DNA from: Pseudomonadota bacterium
Lineage (GTDB): Bacteria > Pseudomonadota > Gammaproteobacteria > Burkholderiales > Burkholderiaceae_C
DNA length: 64,000 bases
NCBI GenBank assembly: GCA_018241325.1
Contig: JAFEEB010000021.1
Location: 45,292 to 109,291 of the forward strand
Direction: 5' to 3'
Shown piece by piece: positions 1 to 9,467 of the stretch (positions within the stretch are counted from its first letter, which is position 1; the number at the start of each line of letters is the position of its first letter). The translations under genes were made by a program, and so were the position numbers. The notes beneath the pieces were generated by a model. That model did no database searches. It saw only the letters and a program-made list of their open reading frames with translations, and was not told where the DNA came from.

Positions 1-324
1 AACCACCAACTGGCTTGCAGCGAGGTTTTCGGGCCCGTGCTTTCAGCGATGCCGTTTGTCGACGAAGAAGATGCCGTCCGTCTGGCCAACGACACCGAAT
101 TCGGCCTGCTCGCAGGCATCTGGACGCGCGATGGCGGGCGCCAGACGCGCATGGCTAAAAAAATGCAGTGCGGACAGGTTTACCTGAACTGCTACGGTGC
201 CGGTGGCGGCGTGGAGCTTCCCTTTGGGGGCTACAAAAAAAGCGGCCATGGCCGTGAAAAGGGTTTCTTGGCGCTGGAAGAGTTTTGCATCATCAAAACC
301 ATCGTTCAATACCACGGGGAATGA
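1..324 (+). CDS. Aldehyde dehydrogenase family protein, C-terminal part (5' end outside window)
   Basis: Frame 1 is open from base 1. The translation ...EVFGPVLSAMPFVDEEDAVRLANDTEFGLLAGIWT...GGYKKSGHGREKG matches the conserved ALDH C-terminal region. Stop at 322-324. Confidence 0.85.
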   Translation, partial: NHQLACSEVFGPVLSAMPFVDEEDAVRLANDTEFGLLAGIWTRDGGRQTRMAKKMQCGQVYLNCYGAGGGVELPFGGYKKSGHGREKGFLALEEFCIIKTIVQYHGE

Positions 325-397
325 ATCGGTGCCTGCCGATCCGCATTGACAGACACACGTTGCCAAACGCCTTTCAGCCTTATTCTCGAGGACAAAC

Positions 398-1462
398 ATG
401 ATCAGTTTTGATATCACCGAATTGAAAAAGCCCTTGGTTCGCACCGAGCGCCCGAATCCTCAACCCACAGGCCATCAGGTGTTGATTCGCATCTTGGCCT
501 CGGGCGTATGCCATTCGGACCTGCACATCTGGCACGGAATCTATGACTTGGGGAACGGGAAAACGCTGTCGATGATGGATCGTGGCATGAAATTGCCGTT
601 GACTCCGGGCCATGAGATCGCGGGAGAGGTCATCGCCGTGGGGGATCGGGTCAAGGACGTGGAGGTAGGGAAAAACTATGTCGTCTATCCATGGCATGGC
701 TGTGGTGAATGCAAGGTCTGCCGCCGGGGCGACGAGAATCTCTGCCTCAACGGAAAGTCCTTGGGGATTTATCAGCCCGGCGGCTACGCCGATCATGTGC
801 TGGTGCCCGATGCGCGCTACCTTGTGGACATCGGCGACATGTCCCCAATACAGGCTGCTCCCTATGCCTGTTCGGGCCTGACGACCTACAGCGCTATTCG
901 CAAGATCAACCCGCAAGTGCTCAATGAGGAAAAGGTCGTGCTGTTTGGTGCCGGAGGCCTCGGGCTGATGGCCATCGCGCTCATCAAGGCACTGGGCGGG
1001 GCGGGCGTTCTCGTGATCGACCCCGACGAAGCCAAGCATGCCGCGGCACTCAAGGCGGGGGCGGAGGCGGTGTTCAGTCCGAAGACGGATGGGCTTGTCG
1101 GCAAGCTCAAGCAGGCCGCGGGCGGCGTGGTCTGGGCGGTGATCGATTGCGTCGGCTCCGGCCAAACGGTGCAGACCGGCATGGACTTGCTGACCAAGGG
1201 GGGGCAGCTGGTGCAAGTCGGCCTGTTTGGCGGCCACATCGACATCTCAACGCCCTTTATCCCACTGAAGGCCATGACCTACCAAGGCACGTACGTTGGG
1301 AATTTGCGCGAATTGCAGGAGTTGGTGGCTCTCGTCAAGGAAAAGAACCTGCCGCCCATGCAAACCACCTGCATGCCTTTCAGCAAGGCCTTCACGGCGC
1401 TGCTGGCTCTGGAGCAAGGCACGGCCATTGGCCGTCAGGTGCTGACACCCAGCGAGGCGTAG
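398..1462 (+). CDS. Zinc-dependent alcohol dehydrogenase (MDR superfamily)
   Basis: 354-aa ORF with GVCHSDLH and GHEIAGEV catalytic-zinc motifs, a CGECKVCRRGDENLC structural-zinc motif and a GAGGLG Rossmann motif. GAGGA lies upstream of ATG 398. Confidence 0.9.
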   Translation: MISFDITELKKPLVRTERPNPQPTGHQVLIRILASGVCHSDLHIWHGIYDLGNGKTLSMMDRGMKLPLTPGHEIAGEVIAVGDRVKDVEVGKNYVVYPWHGCGECKVCRRGDENLCLNGKSLGIYQPGGYADHVLVPDARYLVDIGDMSPIQAAPYACSGLTTYSAIRKINPQVLNEEKVVLFGAGGLGLMAIALIKALGGAGVLVIDPDEAKHAAALKAGAEAVFSPKTDGLVGKLKQAAGGVVWAVIDCVGSGQTVQTGMDLLTKGGQLVQVGLFGGHIDISTPFIPLKAMTYQGTYVGNLRELQELVALVKEKNLPPMQTTCMPFSKAFTALLALEQGTAIGRQVLTPSEA

Positions 1463-1468
1463 GGGTTG

Positions 1469-1489
1469 CCCGGCCTTGCCGCCGGGTTT
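1469..1489 (+). terminator. Possible intrinsic terminator after the ADH gene
   Basis: Hairpin CCCGGC-cttgcc-GCCGGG followed by TTT, 7 nt after the stop. The stem is short and the U-tract is short. Confidence 0.3.
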
Positions 1490-1528
1490 CCTGCTTGGGG
1501 CGGCCCTTCGCGCCCTCACAATACGTCC

Positions 1529-3616
1529 ATGCACGTCTCCGAAGTTCCTCCAGTTGTCGGCTTCGGCAGCGGACAGTTCGTCAGCTACCCCGACTCGCCC
1601 TTCCAGCTCTACCAACCCTATCCCCCCGCGGGCGACCAGCCCACGGCGATCGAGCAACTGGTGGAGGGGGTGGACAACGGCGAGTCGTTTCAGACCCTGC
1701 TGGGCGTCACCGGCTCGGGCAAGACCTTCACCATGGCCAACGTGATCGCGCGCCTGGGCCGGCCCGCGATCGTGTTCGCGCCCAACAAGACGCTGGCGGC
1801 GCAGCTGTACAGCGAGTTTCGCGAGTTCTTTCCGAAGAACGCGGTCGAGTACTTCGTCAGCTACTACGACTACTACCAGCCCGAGGCCTATGTGCCGCAG
1901 CGCGACCTGTTCATCGAGAAGGACAGCGCCATCAACGAGCACATCGAGCAGATGCGCCTGTCGGCCACCAAGAGCGTGCTGGAGCGGCGCGACGTGGTGA
2001 TCGTGGCCACGGTGTCGGCCATCTACGGCATCGGTGCGCCCGAGGACTATTTGCAGATGCGCCTGATCATGAAGGTGGGCGGCAAGCTGGGCCAGCGCGA
2101 CACCATCCAGCAATTGGTGCGCATGCAGTACCAGCGCCAGGACATCGACTTTCAGCGCGGCACCTTTCGCGTGCGCGGCGACACCATCGACGTGTTTCCG
2201 GCCGAGCACAGCGAGCTGGCGGTGCGCATCGAGCTGTTCGACGACGAGGTCGAAAGCCTGTCGCTGTTCGACCCGCTCACCGGCCACATCCAGCAGAAGG
2301 TGCCGCGCTTCGTGGTCTATCCGTCCAGCCACTACGTCACCCCGCGCGAGAAGACGCTGGCCGCCGTGGAGACGATCAAGCTGGAGCTGGCCGAGCGGCT
2401 GAAATACTTCATCTCCGAAGGCAAGCTGGTCGAGGCCCAGCGGCTGGAGCAGCGCACGCGCTTCGACTTGGAAATGCTGGCCGAGCTGGGCCACTGCAAG
2501 GGCATCGAGAACTACACGCGCCATCTGTCGGGCGCGCGCCCGGGCGATCCGCCCGCCACGCTGACGGATTATTTGCCGCGCGACGCGATCATGTTCCTGG
2601 ACGAAAGCCACCAGATGATCGGCCAGCTCAACGCCATGTACAACGGCGACCGCTCGCGCAAGACCACGCTGGTGGAGTACGGCTTTCGCCTGCCCAGCGC
2701 GCTGGACAACCGGCCGCTCAAGTTCGCCGAGTTCGAGCAGCGCATGCGCCAGGTGATCTTCGTCAGCGCCACGCCGGCCGACTACGAAAAGACCCACGCC
2801 GGCCAGGTGGTCGAGCAGGTGGTGCGCCCCACCGGCCTGGTGGACCCCGAGGTCGAAGTGCGCCCGGCCACGCATCAGGTGGACGACGTGCTGCAGGAGA
2901 TCCGCATCCGCAGCGAAAAAAACGAGCGCGTGCTGATCACCACCCTGACCAAGCGCATGGCCGAGCAGTTGACCGAGTACCTGAGCGAGAACGGCGTGAA
3001 GGTGCGCTACCTGCACAGCGACGTGGACACGGTGGAGCGCGTGGAGATCATCCGCGACCTGCGCCTGGGCGCCTTCGACGTGCTGGTGGGCATCAACCTG
3101 CTGCGCGAGGGCCTGGACATCCCCGAGGTGTCGCTGGTGGCCATTCTGGACGCCGACAAGGAAGGTTTTCTGCGCGCCGAGCGCAGCCTCATCCAGACCA
3201 TCGGCCGCGCGGCGCGCAACGTCCATGGCAAGGCCATTTTGTATGCCGACCGCATGACCGAGTCGATGAAGAAGGCCATGGGCGAGACCGAGCGCCGGCG
3301 CGCCAAACAGATCGAGTACAACACGCAGCACGGCATCACCCCGCGCGGCATCGTCAAGCAGGTGCGTGACTTGATCGACGGCGTGTACAGCGAAAAGGCC
3401 GGGCGCGAGGCCGAGCGCATGCGCGCCGCGGCGGCGGTGGAGCCCGAGGCGCTGTCCGAAAAAGACCTGGCGCGCGAGCTGCGCCGACTCGAAAAGCTGA
3501 TGCTGGAGCACGCGCGCAACCTCGAGTTCGAGCAGGCCGCGCGGGTGCGCGACCAGCTGGCAGCGCTCAAACAACGCGTGCTGGGCGCGGCGGGAGAGGG
3601 CAGCGCCGCAACTTGA
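1529..3616 (+). CDS. uvrB: Excinuclease ABC subunit B
   Basis: Full-length UvrB similarity: [15 protein letters not shown] Walker A, DESH box, helicase motifs, and C-terminal UVR domain [13 protein letters not shown]. The longest ORF starts at 1466. ATG 1529 (MHVSEV...) was chosen, so the start is uncertain by about 60 nt. Confidence 0.95.
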   Translation: MHVSEVPPVVGFGSGQFVSYPDSPFQLYQPYPPAGDQPTAIEQLVEGVDNGESFQTLLGVTGSGKTFTMANVIARLGRPAIVFAPNKTLAAQLYSEFREFFPKNAVEYFVSYYDYYQPEAYVPQRDLFIEKDSAINEHIEQMRLSATKSVLERRDVVIVATVSAIYGIGAPEDYLQMRLIMKVGGKLGQRDTIQQLVRMQYQRQDIDFQRGTFRVRGDTIDVFPAEHSELAVRIELFDDEVESLSLFDPLTGHIQQKVPRFVVYPSSHYVTPREKTLAAVETIKLELAERLKYFISEGKLVEAQRLEQRTRFDLEMLAELGHCKGIENYTRHLSGARPGDPPATLTDYLPRDAIMFLDESHQMIGQLNAMYNGDRSRKTTLVEYGFRLPSALDNRPLKFAEFEQRMRQVIFVSATPADYEKTHAGQVVEQVVRPTGLVDPEVEVRPATHQVDDVLQEIRIRSEKNERVLITTLTKRMAEQLTEYLSENGVKVRYLHSDVDTVERVEIIRDLRLGAFDVLVGINLLREGLDIPEVSLVAILDADKEGFLRAERSLIQTIGRAARNVHGKAILYADRMTESMKKAMGETERRRAKQIEYNTQHGITPRGIVKQVRDLIDGVYSEKAGREAERMRAAAAVEPEALSEKDLARELRRLEKLMLEHARNLEFEQAARVRDQLAALKQRVLGAAGEGSAAT

Positions 3617-3677
3617 ACTGGATCAAGTTTTGCTCATCTGGCGCGCAAAATCCCTTCGTTTCAGTCGGAATTGCTGT

Positions 3678-3702
3678 ATACTTGATTAAATCAGTCGGGT
3701 TT
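3678..3702 (+). promoter_or_regulatory. Candidate IscR type-1 operator upstream of iscR
   Basis: ATACTTGATTAAATCAGTCGGGTTT matches the E. coli type-1 consensus ATASYYGACTRWWWYAGTCRRSTAT at 23 of 25 positions. The half-site TCAGTCGGAATTGCT recurs 30 nt upstream at 3661-3675. Confidence 0.6.
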
Positions 3703-3778
3703 GCTTGCCAGCCGCCTGCAGGCGCAGGCACATTGGGCCGGCAACCCGCGACGCTTCAATCACAGCAAGGAGTTGGCC

Positions 3779-4312
3779 ATGCGCCTTACCACCAAGGGAC
3801 GATTCGCGGTGACCGCCATGATCGATCTGGCGCTGCGCCAGGATGGTGGCCCCGTCACACTGGCGGCCATCAGTCAGCGTCAGCAGATTTCGCTGTCGTA
3901 CCTGGAGCAGCTGTTCGGCAAGCTGCGCCGCAACGACCTGGTCGAATCGACCCGCGGGCCCGGCGGCGGCTATTCGCTGGGCCGCAAGGCCGCCGACATC
4001 ACCGTGGCCGACATCATCACCTCGGTGGACGAGCCGCTGGACGCCACCCACTGCGGCGGCCGCGAAAACTGCCGCGCCGATGGCGGGCGTTGCATGACGC
4101 ACGATTTGTGGGCGGCGCTCAACGTCCACATGCTCGATTTTCTGCAGTCCGTCTCGCTGCAAAAGCTGGTGGACGAGCAGCACGCCAACGGCTTCGAGCT
4201 GGAGGACCGCCCCGCGTCCAAGCGCGCGATCTCGGCCGCCCCGGTGGTCAAGCCCATTCGCATCACGGCGCCCAACTCGGTGTTTGCGCTCGGCGGCCTG
4301 ACCAACAAGTGA
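3779..4312 (+). CDS. iscR: Rrf2-family Fe-S cluster assembly regulator IscR
   Basis: [19 protein letters not shown]... winged-HTH region, plus a Cys-rich cluster-ligand region [28 protein letters not shown] precedes ATG 3779. The longest ORF starts at TTG 3701. Confidence 0.9.
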   Translation: MRLTTKGRFAVTAMIDLALRQDGGPVTLAAISQRQQISLSYLEQLFGKLRRNDLVESTRGPGGGYSLGRKAADITVADIITSVDEPLDATHCGGRENCRADGGRCMTHDLWAALNVHMLDFLQSVSLQKLVDEQHANGFELEDRPASKRAISAAPVVKPIRITAPNSVFALGGLTNK

Positions 4313-4349
4313 GCGGCGCAGGCCCCCGCGCGGGCGCCTGCATCCGGCC

Positions 4350-5522
4350 ATGACGCTGCCGCTGCCGATTTATCTGGACAACGCCGCGACCACGCCGGTG
4401 GACCCGCGCGTGGTAGATGCCATGGTGCCCTGGCTGGGCGAGCACTTCGGCAATCCCGCCAGCCGCAGCCACGCCTGGGGCTGGGAGGCCGAGAAGGCCG
4501 TCGAGTCGGCGCGCCGGCAGGTCGCCGCCCTGATCGGCGCCGACGCCCGTGAAATCGTCTGGACCAGCGGCGCCACCGAGTCGGACAACCTCGCCATCAC
4601 AGGCGCGGCGCTGTGCCACCAGGACAAGGGACGGCACCTGGTGACGGTGCGCACCGAGCACAAGGCCGTGCTCGACACCATGGCGGCCCTGCAGGCGCAG
4701 GGCTTCGACGTCACGCTGCTGGACGTGCAGCCCGACGGCCTGCTCGACCCGGGCGCATTGGCCGCCGCGCTGCGCCCGGACACGGTGCTGGCCAGCGTCA
4801 TGGCCGTCAACAACGAGATCGGCGTCATCCAGGACCTGGCCACGCTGGGCGCCATCTGCCGCGAACGTGGCGTGCTGTTTCACGTCGATGCGGCGCAGGC
4901 CACCGGCAAGCTGCCCATCGACGTGCGCACCCTGCCGGTCGATCTGATGAGCCTGACGGCCCACAAAACCCATGGCCCCAAGGGCATCGGCGCGCTGTAT
5001 GTGCGGCGCCAGCCGCGCGTGCGCTTGCAGGCGCTGATCCACGGCGGCGGGCACGAGCAGGGCCTGCGCTCGGGCACGCTGGCCACGCACCAGATCGTCG
5101 GCATGGGCGAGGCCTTTGGCATCGCCGCGGCGGAAATGGCGCGCGACACGGCCCACGCCCAGGCGCTGCACCAGCGGCTGCTCGCGGGCCTGCAAGGGCT
5201 TGGCGACGTGCGACTCAACGGCCACGCCACCCGGCGCGTGCCGCACAACCTCAACCTGGCCTTTGGCGGCGTGAGCGGCGAGGACTTGATGCTGGCAGCC
5301 CCCGGGTTGGCCGTCTCCAGCGGATCGGCCTGCAGCTCGGGCAGCCAGCAGCCCAGCCACGTGCTGCGCGCGCTGGGCCTGAGCGACGAGTGCGCGCATG
5401 CGTCGCTGCGCATCAGCCTGGGGCGCTTCAGCACAGAGGCCGACATCGACCGCGCCATAGGGGCCCTGCGCGACGGCGTGACCCGCTTGCGCGCATCGCC
5501 GCCGGTCTTTTCTGCCAAATGA
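4350..5522 (+). CDS. iscS: Cysteine desulfurase, IscS-like, 390 aa (short C-terminus)
   Basis: Colinear with IscS/NifS: [22 protein letters not shown]-lysine motif [17 protein letters not shown], and active-site loop SSGSACSS. It ends ...[12 protein letters not shown], without the roughly 20-aa tail of E. coli IscS. Confidence 0.9.
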   Translation: MTLPLPIYLDNAATTPVDPRVVDAMVPWLGEHFGNPASRSHAWGWEAEKAVESARRQVAALIGADAREIVWTSGATESDNLAITGAALCHQDKGRHLVTVRTEHKAVLDTMAALQAQGFDVTLLDVQPDGLLDPGALAAALRPDTVLASVMAVNNEIGVIQDLATLGAICRERGVLFHVDAAQATGKLPIDVRTLPVDLMSLTAHKTHGPKGIGALYVRRQPRVRLQALIHGGGHEQGLRSGTLATHQIVGMGEAFGIAAAEMARDTAHAQALHQRLLAGLQGLGDVRLNGHATRRVPHNLNLAFGGVSGEDLMLAAPGLAVSSGSACSSGSQQPSHVLRALGLSDECAHASLRISLGRFSTEADIDRAIGALRDGVTRLRASPPVFSAK

Positions 5523-5527
5523 CCGAG

Positions 5528-5575
5528 TGGTGCGCGCCAGTCAAGCGCAAGTAGCTATCAATTTCATAGTTATCG
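5528..5575 (+). repeat. Family-1 intergenic repeat, short copy (iscS|iscA)
   Basis: GTGCGCGCCAGTCAAGCGCAAGTAGCTATCAATTTCATAG shares the CAAGCGC arm and the AGCTATCAA-AT-rich tail with the copies at 15657, 23557, 27671, 40257 and 46178. Confidence 0.55.
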
Positions 5576-5664
5576 GGAATTCGAGCGGGCCGCCAGCAAA
5601 ACCGCCCAATCGGCGGTACGCTTGGCACTTTCTGTTGTCTGCATCGCATCGTCACTTCCCGCCC

Positions 5665-5988
5665 ATGAACATCCAACTGTCCGAAGCCGCCGCGCGGCAT
5701 GTGAGCGACTCCCTGGCCAAGCGCGGCAGCGGGGTGGGCGTGCGCCTGGGCGTCAAGACCACCGGCTGCTCGGGCCTGGCCTATGAGCTGGAGTATGTGG
5801 ACGCGGTGGCGCCGGGCGACATCGTGCTGGAGCAGCACGGCGTCAAGCTGATGATCGACCCCAAGAACCTGGCCTTCATCGACGGCACCCAGCTCGACTG
5901 GGTGCGCGAGGGCCTGAACGAGGGCTTCAAGTTCAGCAACCCCAACGAGCGCGACCGCTGCGGCTGCGGCGAATCCTTCAGGGTTTGA
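5665..5988 (+). CDS. iscA: A-type iron-sulfur carrier protein (IscA/ErpA/HesB family)
   Basis: 107 aa, [13 protein letters not shown]..., with the three conserved Cys residues (TTGCSG ... RCGCGESF). The longest ORF starts at 5527 inside the repeat. ATG 5665 was chosen. Confidence 0.88.
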   Translation: MNIQLSEAAARHVSDSLAKRGSGVGVRLGVKTTGCSGLAYELEYVDAVAPGDIVLEQHGVKLMIDPKNLAFIDGTQLDWVREGLNEGFKFSNPNERDRCGCGESFRV

Positions 5989-5992
5989 CTGC

Positions 5993-6706
5993 ATGACTCG
6001 CCAGATCGTCCTGGACACCGAGACCACCGGCCTGTCGGCCGAAGGGGGCGACCGCATCATCGAAATCGGTTGCGTCGAGCTCATCGGTCGCAAGCTCACC
6101 GGCAACAACCTGCACACCTATCTGAACCCCGAGCGCGACAGCCACGAGGACGCGCTCAAGGTGCACGGCATCAGCAACGATTTCCTGCGCGACAAGCCCA
6201 AGTTCGCCGAGGTGGCGCAGGACTTCCTGCGCTACGTCGAAGGCGCCGAGATCATCATCCACAACGCCGCCTTCGACGTGGGTTTTCTCGACAAGGAACT
6301 GCAACGCTTGGGCCAGCCCGCGTTCGAGAACTTTGTCGAATCGGTCACCGACACCCTGGTGATGGCCAAGCAGCTGTACCCCGGCAAGCGCAACAGCCTG
6401 GACGCGCTGTGCGACCGCCTGGGCGTGGACAACTCCGGCCGCACGCTGCACGGGGCGCTGCTCGACGCCGAGCTGCTGGCCGACGTCTACATCAACCTCA
6501 CACGCGGGCAAGAAGCGCTGCTGATCGACCTGGGCGACGTCAGCCAGCCCGGCGCGGCGGTGGTGCGCGCCGACCTCCGTGGCATTGAATTGCCGGTGCT
6601 GCACGCCAGCGAGGCCGAGCAGGCCGCGCATGCCGCGGTGCTGGCCGAAATCGACAAGGCCAGCGGTGGCCGGACGGTGTGGAGAGCCCAGGAAAGCACG
6701 CTATAA
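5993..6706 (+). CDS. dnaQ: DNA polymerase III subunit epsilon (3'-5' proofreading exonuclease)
   Basis: Exo motifs VLDTETTGL, IIHNAAFDVGFL and HGALLDAELLADVY are present. Length 237 aa. Confidence 0.93.
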   Translation: MTRQIVLDTETTGLSAEGGDRIIEIGCVELIGRKLTGNNLHTYLNPERDSHEDALKVHGISNDFLRDKPKFAEVAQDFLRYVEGAEIIIHNAAFDVGFLDKELQRLGQPAFENFVESVTDTLVMAKQLYPGKRNSLDALCDRLGVDNSGRTLHGALLDAELLADVYINLTRGQEALLIDLGDVSQPGAAVVRADLRGIELPVLHASEAEQAAHAAVLAEIDKASGGRTVWRAQESTL

Positions 6707-6732
6707 TTCGCCCTTCGCTGCAAACGCGAAAC

Positions 6733-6807
6733 GGGTGATTAGCTCAGCGGTAGAGCACTGCCTTCACACGGCAGGGGTCGCAGGTTCGAACCCTGCATCA
6801 CCCACCA
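6733..6807 (+). tRNA. tRNA-Val (anticodon CAC)
   Basis: The cloverleaf was folded by hand: acceptor GGGTGAT/ATCACCC, D stem GCTC/GAGC, anticodon stem CTGCC/GGCAG with loop TTCACAC, T stem GCAGG/CCTGC with loop TTCGAAC, and an encoded CCA. Confidence 0.95.
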
Positions 6808-6814
6808 ATTCACA

Positions 6815-6848
6815 AACGCCTTGGTCGCTTGCTGCCGAGGCGTTTTTT
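6815..6848 (+). terminator. Intrinsic terminator after tRNA-Val
   Basis: 10-bp stem AACGCCTTGG / CCGAGGCGTT (one G-U pair), 10-nt loop, then a T-run (TTTTTT counting the last two stem T's). Confidence 0.75.
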
Positions 6849-6875
6849 CATTTCTGCGGGTTCGCGAGGTGCGTG

Positions 6876-7475
6876 ATGCTGCTGCAAGCCGATGACTGCC
6901 AGCTGGTGCTGGTTGACTATCAAGCCCGCCTGATGCCGGCCATTCAGGACGGTGCGGCCGTGCTGACCAATGCGCGCCGCTTGGCGCAGCTGGCGCGCTG
7001 GATGGAGGTGCCGGTGTGGGCGACCGAGCAGGTGCCGGACAAGCTCGGCGCCACCGACGAGGCGCTGGCGGTGCTGTGCGAGCGCATCGCGGCCAAGACG
7101 GCGTTCAGCGGCGCGTCGGTCTTACAGCCCCTGCTGGCGCCACCCGCGCCGGCCCCGCGCGGCAATGCCCGCAGCCTGCCCAAGCACCTGCAAAAGCCCG
7201 CCCCGGCCGCGCCCGAGCGCGCGACCGTGCTGCTGGCCGGCTGCGAGGCGCATGTGTGCTTGCTGCAAACCGCGCTGGACTTGCTGGACGCCGAGTGGGA
7301 CGTGTGGGTGGTGACGGACGCCTGCGGCTCGCGCACCGAGCGCAACCGCGACGCGGCCTACGACCGCCTGGCGGCGGCCGGCTGCGAGCTGGTGAGCACC
7401 GAGATGGTGGGCTTCGAGTGGCTGGGCGACGCCGGGCATCCGCGCTTCAGGGACTGGCAGGGCTTGATTCGCTGA
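6876..7475 (+). CDS. Isochorismatase-family hydrolase
   Basis: MLLQADDCQLVLVDYQARLMP... and GCEAHVCLLQTALDLL...VVTDACGSR contain the catalytic-Cys motif typical of the isochorismatase/cysteine hydrolase fold. The longest ORF (6579) runs through the tRNA and was trimmed to ATG 6876. Confidence 0.75.
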   Translation: MLLQADDCQLVLVDYQARLMPAIQDGAAVLTNARRLAQLARWMEVPVWATEQVPDKLGATDEALAVLCERIAAKTAFSGASVLQPLLAPPAPAPRGNARSLPKHLQKPAPAAPERATVLLAGCEAHVCLLQTALDLLDAEWDVWVVTDACGSRTERNRDAAYDRLAAAGCELVSTEMVGFEWLGDAGHPRFRDWQGLIR

Positions 7476-7553
7476 CCGGCGTCAGGTCGTTGTCAATATC
7501 TCGCGTCTATCATCGGGCATCAGGGCAACCGGCCCGACGACAGGAGACACGAG

Positions 7554-9467
7554 ATGAGCGGCGCGACGGGCAACTACGTGAAAACCCATGCGGCAGCGCT
7601 GGCCGACCCGGCCGGCTTCTGGGACGACAAGGCCGAGGGCATCGACTGGATCAAGCGCTGGGACAGCGTCATCGACGACGCGCGCAAGCCCTTCTACCGC
7701 TGGTTTGCCGGCGGCGTGCTCAACACCTGCCACAACTGCGTGGATCGCCACGTCGAGCAGGGCCGCGCCGAGCAACTGGCGCTGGTCTACGACAGCCCGC
7801 TGGCCGGTACGCAGCGCAAGATCACGTACCGCGAGCTGCAGGCGCTGACGGCGCGCTGCGCCGGCGCCCTGCTGGCGATGGGCGTGAAGAAGGGCGACAC
7901 CGTCGTCATCTACATGCCCATGGTGCCCGAGGCGGTGGTTGCCATGCTGGCCTGCGCGCGCATCGGCGCCGTGCATTCGGTGGTGTTCGGCGGCTTTGCC
8001 GCACCCGAGCTGGCCAAGCGCGTGGTGGACGCCAAGCCCACCGCCATGATTTCCGCGTCCTGCGGGCTGCTGCCGGGGCGCAGCGTGCCCTACAAGCCGC
8101 TGCTGGATGAGGCGCTGAAGATCGCGGGCGTGCCGCAGACCCCCTGCCTGGTCCTGCAGCGCCCCGAGCTGAAGGCCGAGATGCTGGCCGGCCGCGACAT
8201 CGACTGGGACGATGCCATGGCCAAGGCCGAGCCGGCCGACTGCGTGCCGGTGGCCGCCACCGATCCGCTGTACGTCATCTACACCTCGGGCACCACCGGC
8301 AAGCCCAAGGGCGTGGTGCGCGACAACGGCGGCCACGCCGTGGCGCTGCGCTGGTCGATGGAGGCGGTCTACGGCACCCGACCGGGCGACGTGTTCTGGG
8401 CCGCCTCGGACGTGGGCTGGGTGGTGGGCCATTCCTACATCGTCTATGGCCCGCTGCTGCAGGGCTGCACCACCATCCTGTACGAAGGCAAGCCCGTGGG
8501 CACGCCCGACGCCGGCGCCTTCTGGCGCGTGTGCGCCGAGCACAAGGTCAACGTGCTGTTCACCGCGCCCACCGCGTTTCGCGCCATCAAGAAGGAAGAT
8601 CCCGGCGGTGCCCTGGTCAAAAAATACGACCTGTCCCGATTCCGCATGCTGTTTCTGGCCGGTGAGCGGGGTGACCCCGACACCATCGAGTGGGCCGGCA
8701 AGATTCTGGGCGTGCCTGTGATCGACAACTGGTGGCAGACCGAGCTGGGCTGGCCGGCCATCAGCAACTGCATGGGCATCGAGCCGCTGCCGGTGCGGCC
8801 CGGCTCGCCCACCAAGCCGGTGCCCGGCTTCGACATCCAAATCCTGGACGAGGACGGCCGCGAAAAGGCGGCCGACGACATCGGCAGCCTGGTGATCAAG
8901 CTGCCGCTGCCGCCCGGCGGGCTGACCACGCTGTGGAACAACGACGCCGGCTTTGTCGAGACCTACCTCGAGCGCTACCCGGGCTACTACCTGTCGGGCG
9001 ACGCGGGGTACTTCGATGCCGACGGCTACGGCTGGGTGATGGCGCGCATCGACGACATCATCAACGTGGCCGGCCACCGTCTGTCCACCGGGCAGATGGA
9101 AGAAATCCTCTCTGCGCACCCGGCCGTGGCCGAGGCGGCGGTGGTCGGCGTGGTCGATGCGCTCAAGGGCCAGGTGCCGGTGGGGCTGGTGGTGCTGAAG
9201 TCCGGCGTGACGCAGCCCGAGGCCGAAATCTGCGCCGAACTGGTGGCCAAGGTGCGTGCCCAGCTCGGTGCCGTGGCCGACTTCAAGAGCGTGCAGGTCA
9301 TCAATCGACTGCCCAAGACCCGCTCGGGCAAGGTGCTTCGCGTGACGATCCGCAGCATGGCCGACGGCGACGCCCTGAAGGTGCCGGCCACCATCGAGGA
9401 CGATTCCGTACTGCCGGAGATCTCGGCCGCGCTCAAGACCCTGGGCTACCCCCGGTCGAGCGTTTGA
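7554..9467 (+). CDS. Acyl-CoA synthetase, propionate/acetate-CoA ligase-like (AMP-forming)
   Basis: 637 aa with the N-terminal FWDDKAEGIDW... region, AMP-binding motif YTSGTTGKPKGV, and C-terminal LPKTRSGKVLR. AGGAG RBS is present. Confidence 0.88.
   Translation: MSGATGNYVKTHAAALADPAGFWDDKAEGIDWIKRWDSVIDDARKPFYRWFAGGVLNTCHNCVDRHVEQGRAEQLALVYDSPLAGTQRKITYRELQALTARCAGALLAMGVKKGDTVVIYMPMVPEAVVAMLACARIGAVHSVVFGGFAAPELAKRVVDAKPTAMISASCGLLPGRSVPYKPLLDEALKIAGVPQTPCLVLQRPELKAEMLAGRDIDWDDAMAKAEPADCVPVAATDPLYVIYTSGTTGKPKGVVRDNGGHAVALRWSMEAVYGTRPGDVFWAASDVGWVVGHSYIVYGPLLQGCTTILYEGKPVGTPDAGAFWRVCAEHKVNVLFTAPTAFRAIKKEDPGGALVKKYDLSRFRMLFLAGERGDPDTIEWAGKILGVPVIDNWWQTELGWPAISNCMGIEPLPVRPGSPTKPVPGFDIQILDEDGREKAADDIGSLVIKLPLPPGGLTTLWNNDAGFVETYLERYPGYYLSGDAGYFDADGYGWVMARIDDIINVAGHRLSTGQMEEILSAHPAVAEAAVVGVVDALKGQVPVGLVVLKSGVTQPEAEICAELVAKVRAQLGAVADFKSVQVINRLPKTRSGKVLRVTIRSMADGDALKVPATIEDDSVLPEISAALKTLGYPRSSV

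Noticed and set aside
1463-1528. SOS (LexA) boxes upstream of uvrB, and likewise upstream of dinG (18018-18123)
   Set aside because: No CTGT-N8-ACAG-type palindrome was seen in either upstream region.
1147-3574. 740-aa (+, off-frame) and 775-aa (-) ORFs overlapping uvrB
   Set aside because: Both translate to Arg/Ala/Gly/Pro-rich or His/Leu/Ala/Gly-rich low-complexity sequence. UvrB in the other frame explains the region completely.
3613-3660. Possible additional (inverted) family-1 repeat downstream of uvrB (GATCAAGTTTTGCTCATCTGGCGCGCAAAAT)
   Set aside because: Only short, scattered matches to the consensus were found. There is no clear hairpin-plus-AGCTATC organisation in either orientation.
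6579-6875. N-terminal 99 codons of the 298-aa ORF 6579-7475
   Set aside because: This part overlaps the dnaQ 3' end, the whole tRNA-Val gene and its terminator. The isochorismatase-like domain begins at ATG 6876.
6707-6875. Integrative element or genomic island at tRNA-Val
   Set aside because: No integrase gene is present, and no direct repeat of the tRNA 3' end is visible downstream in this window. The neighbouring genes are ordinary metabolic genes.
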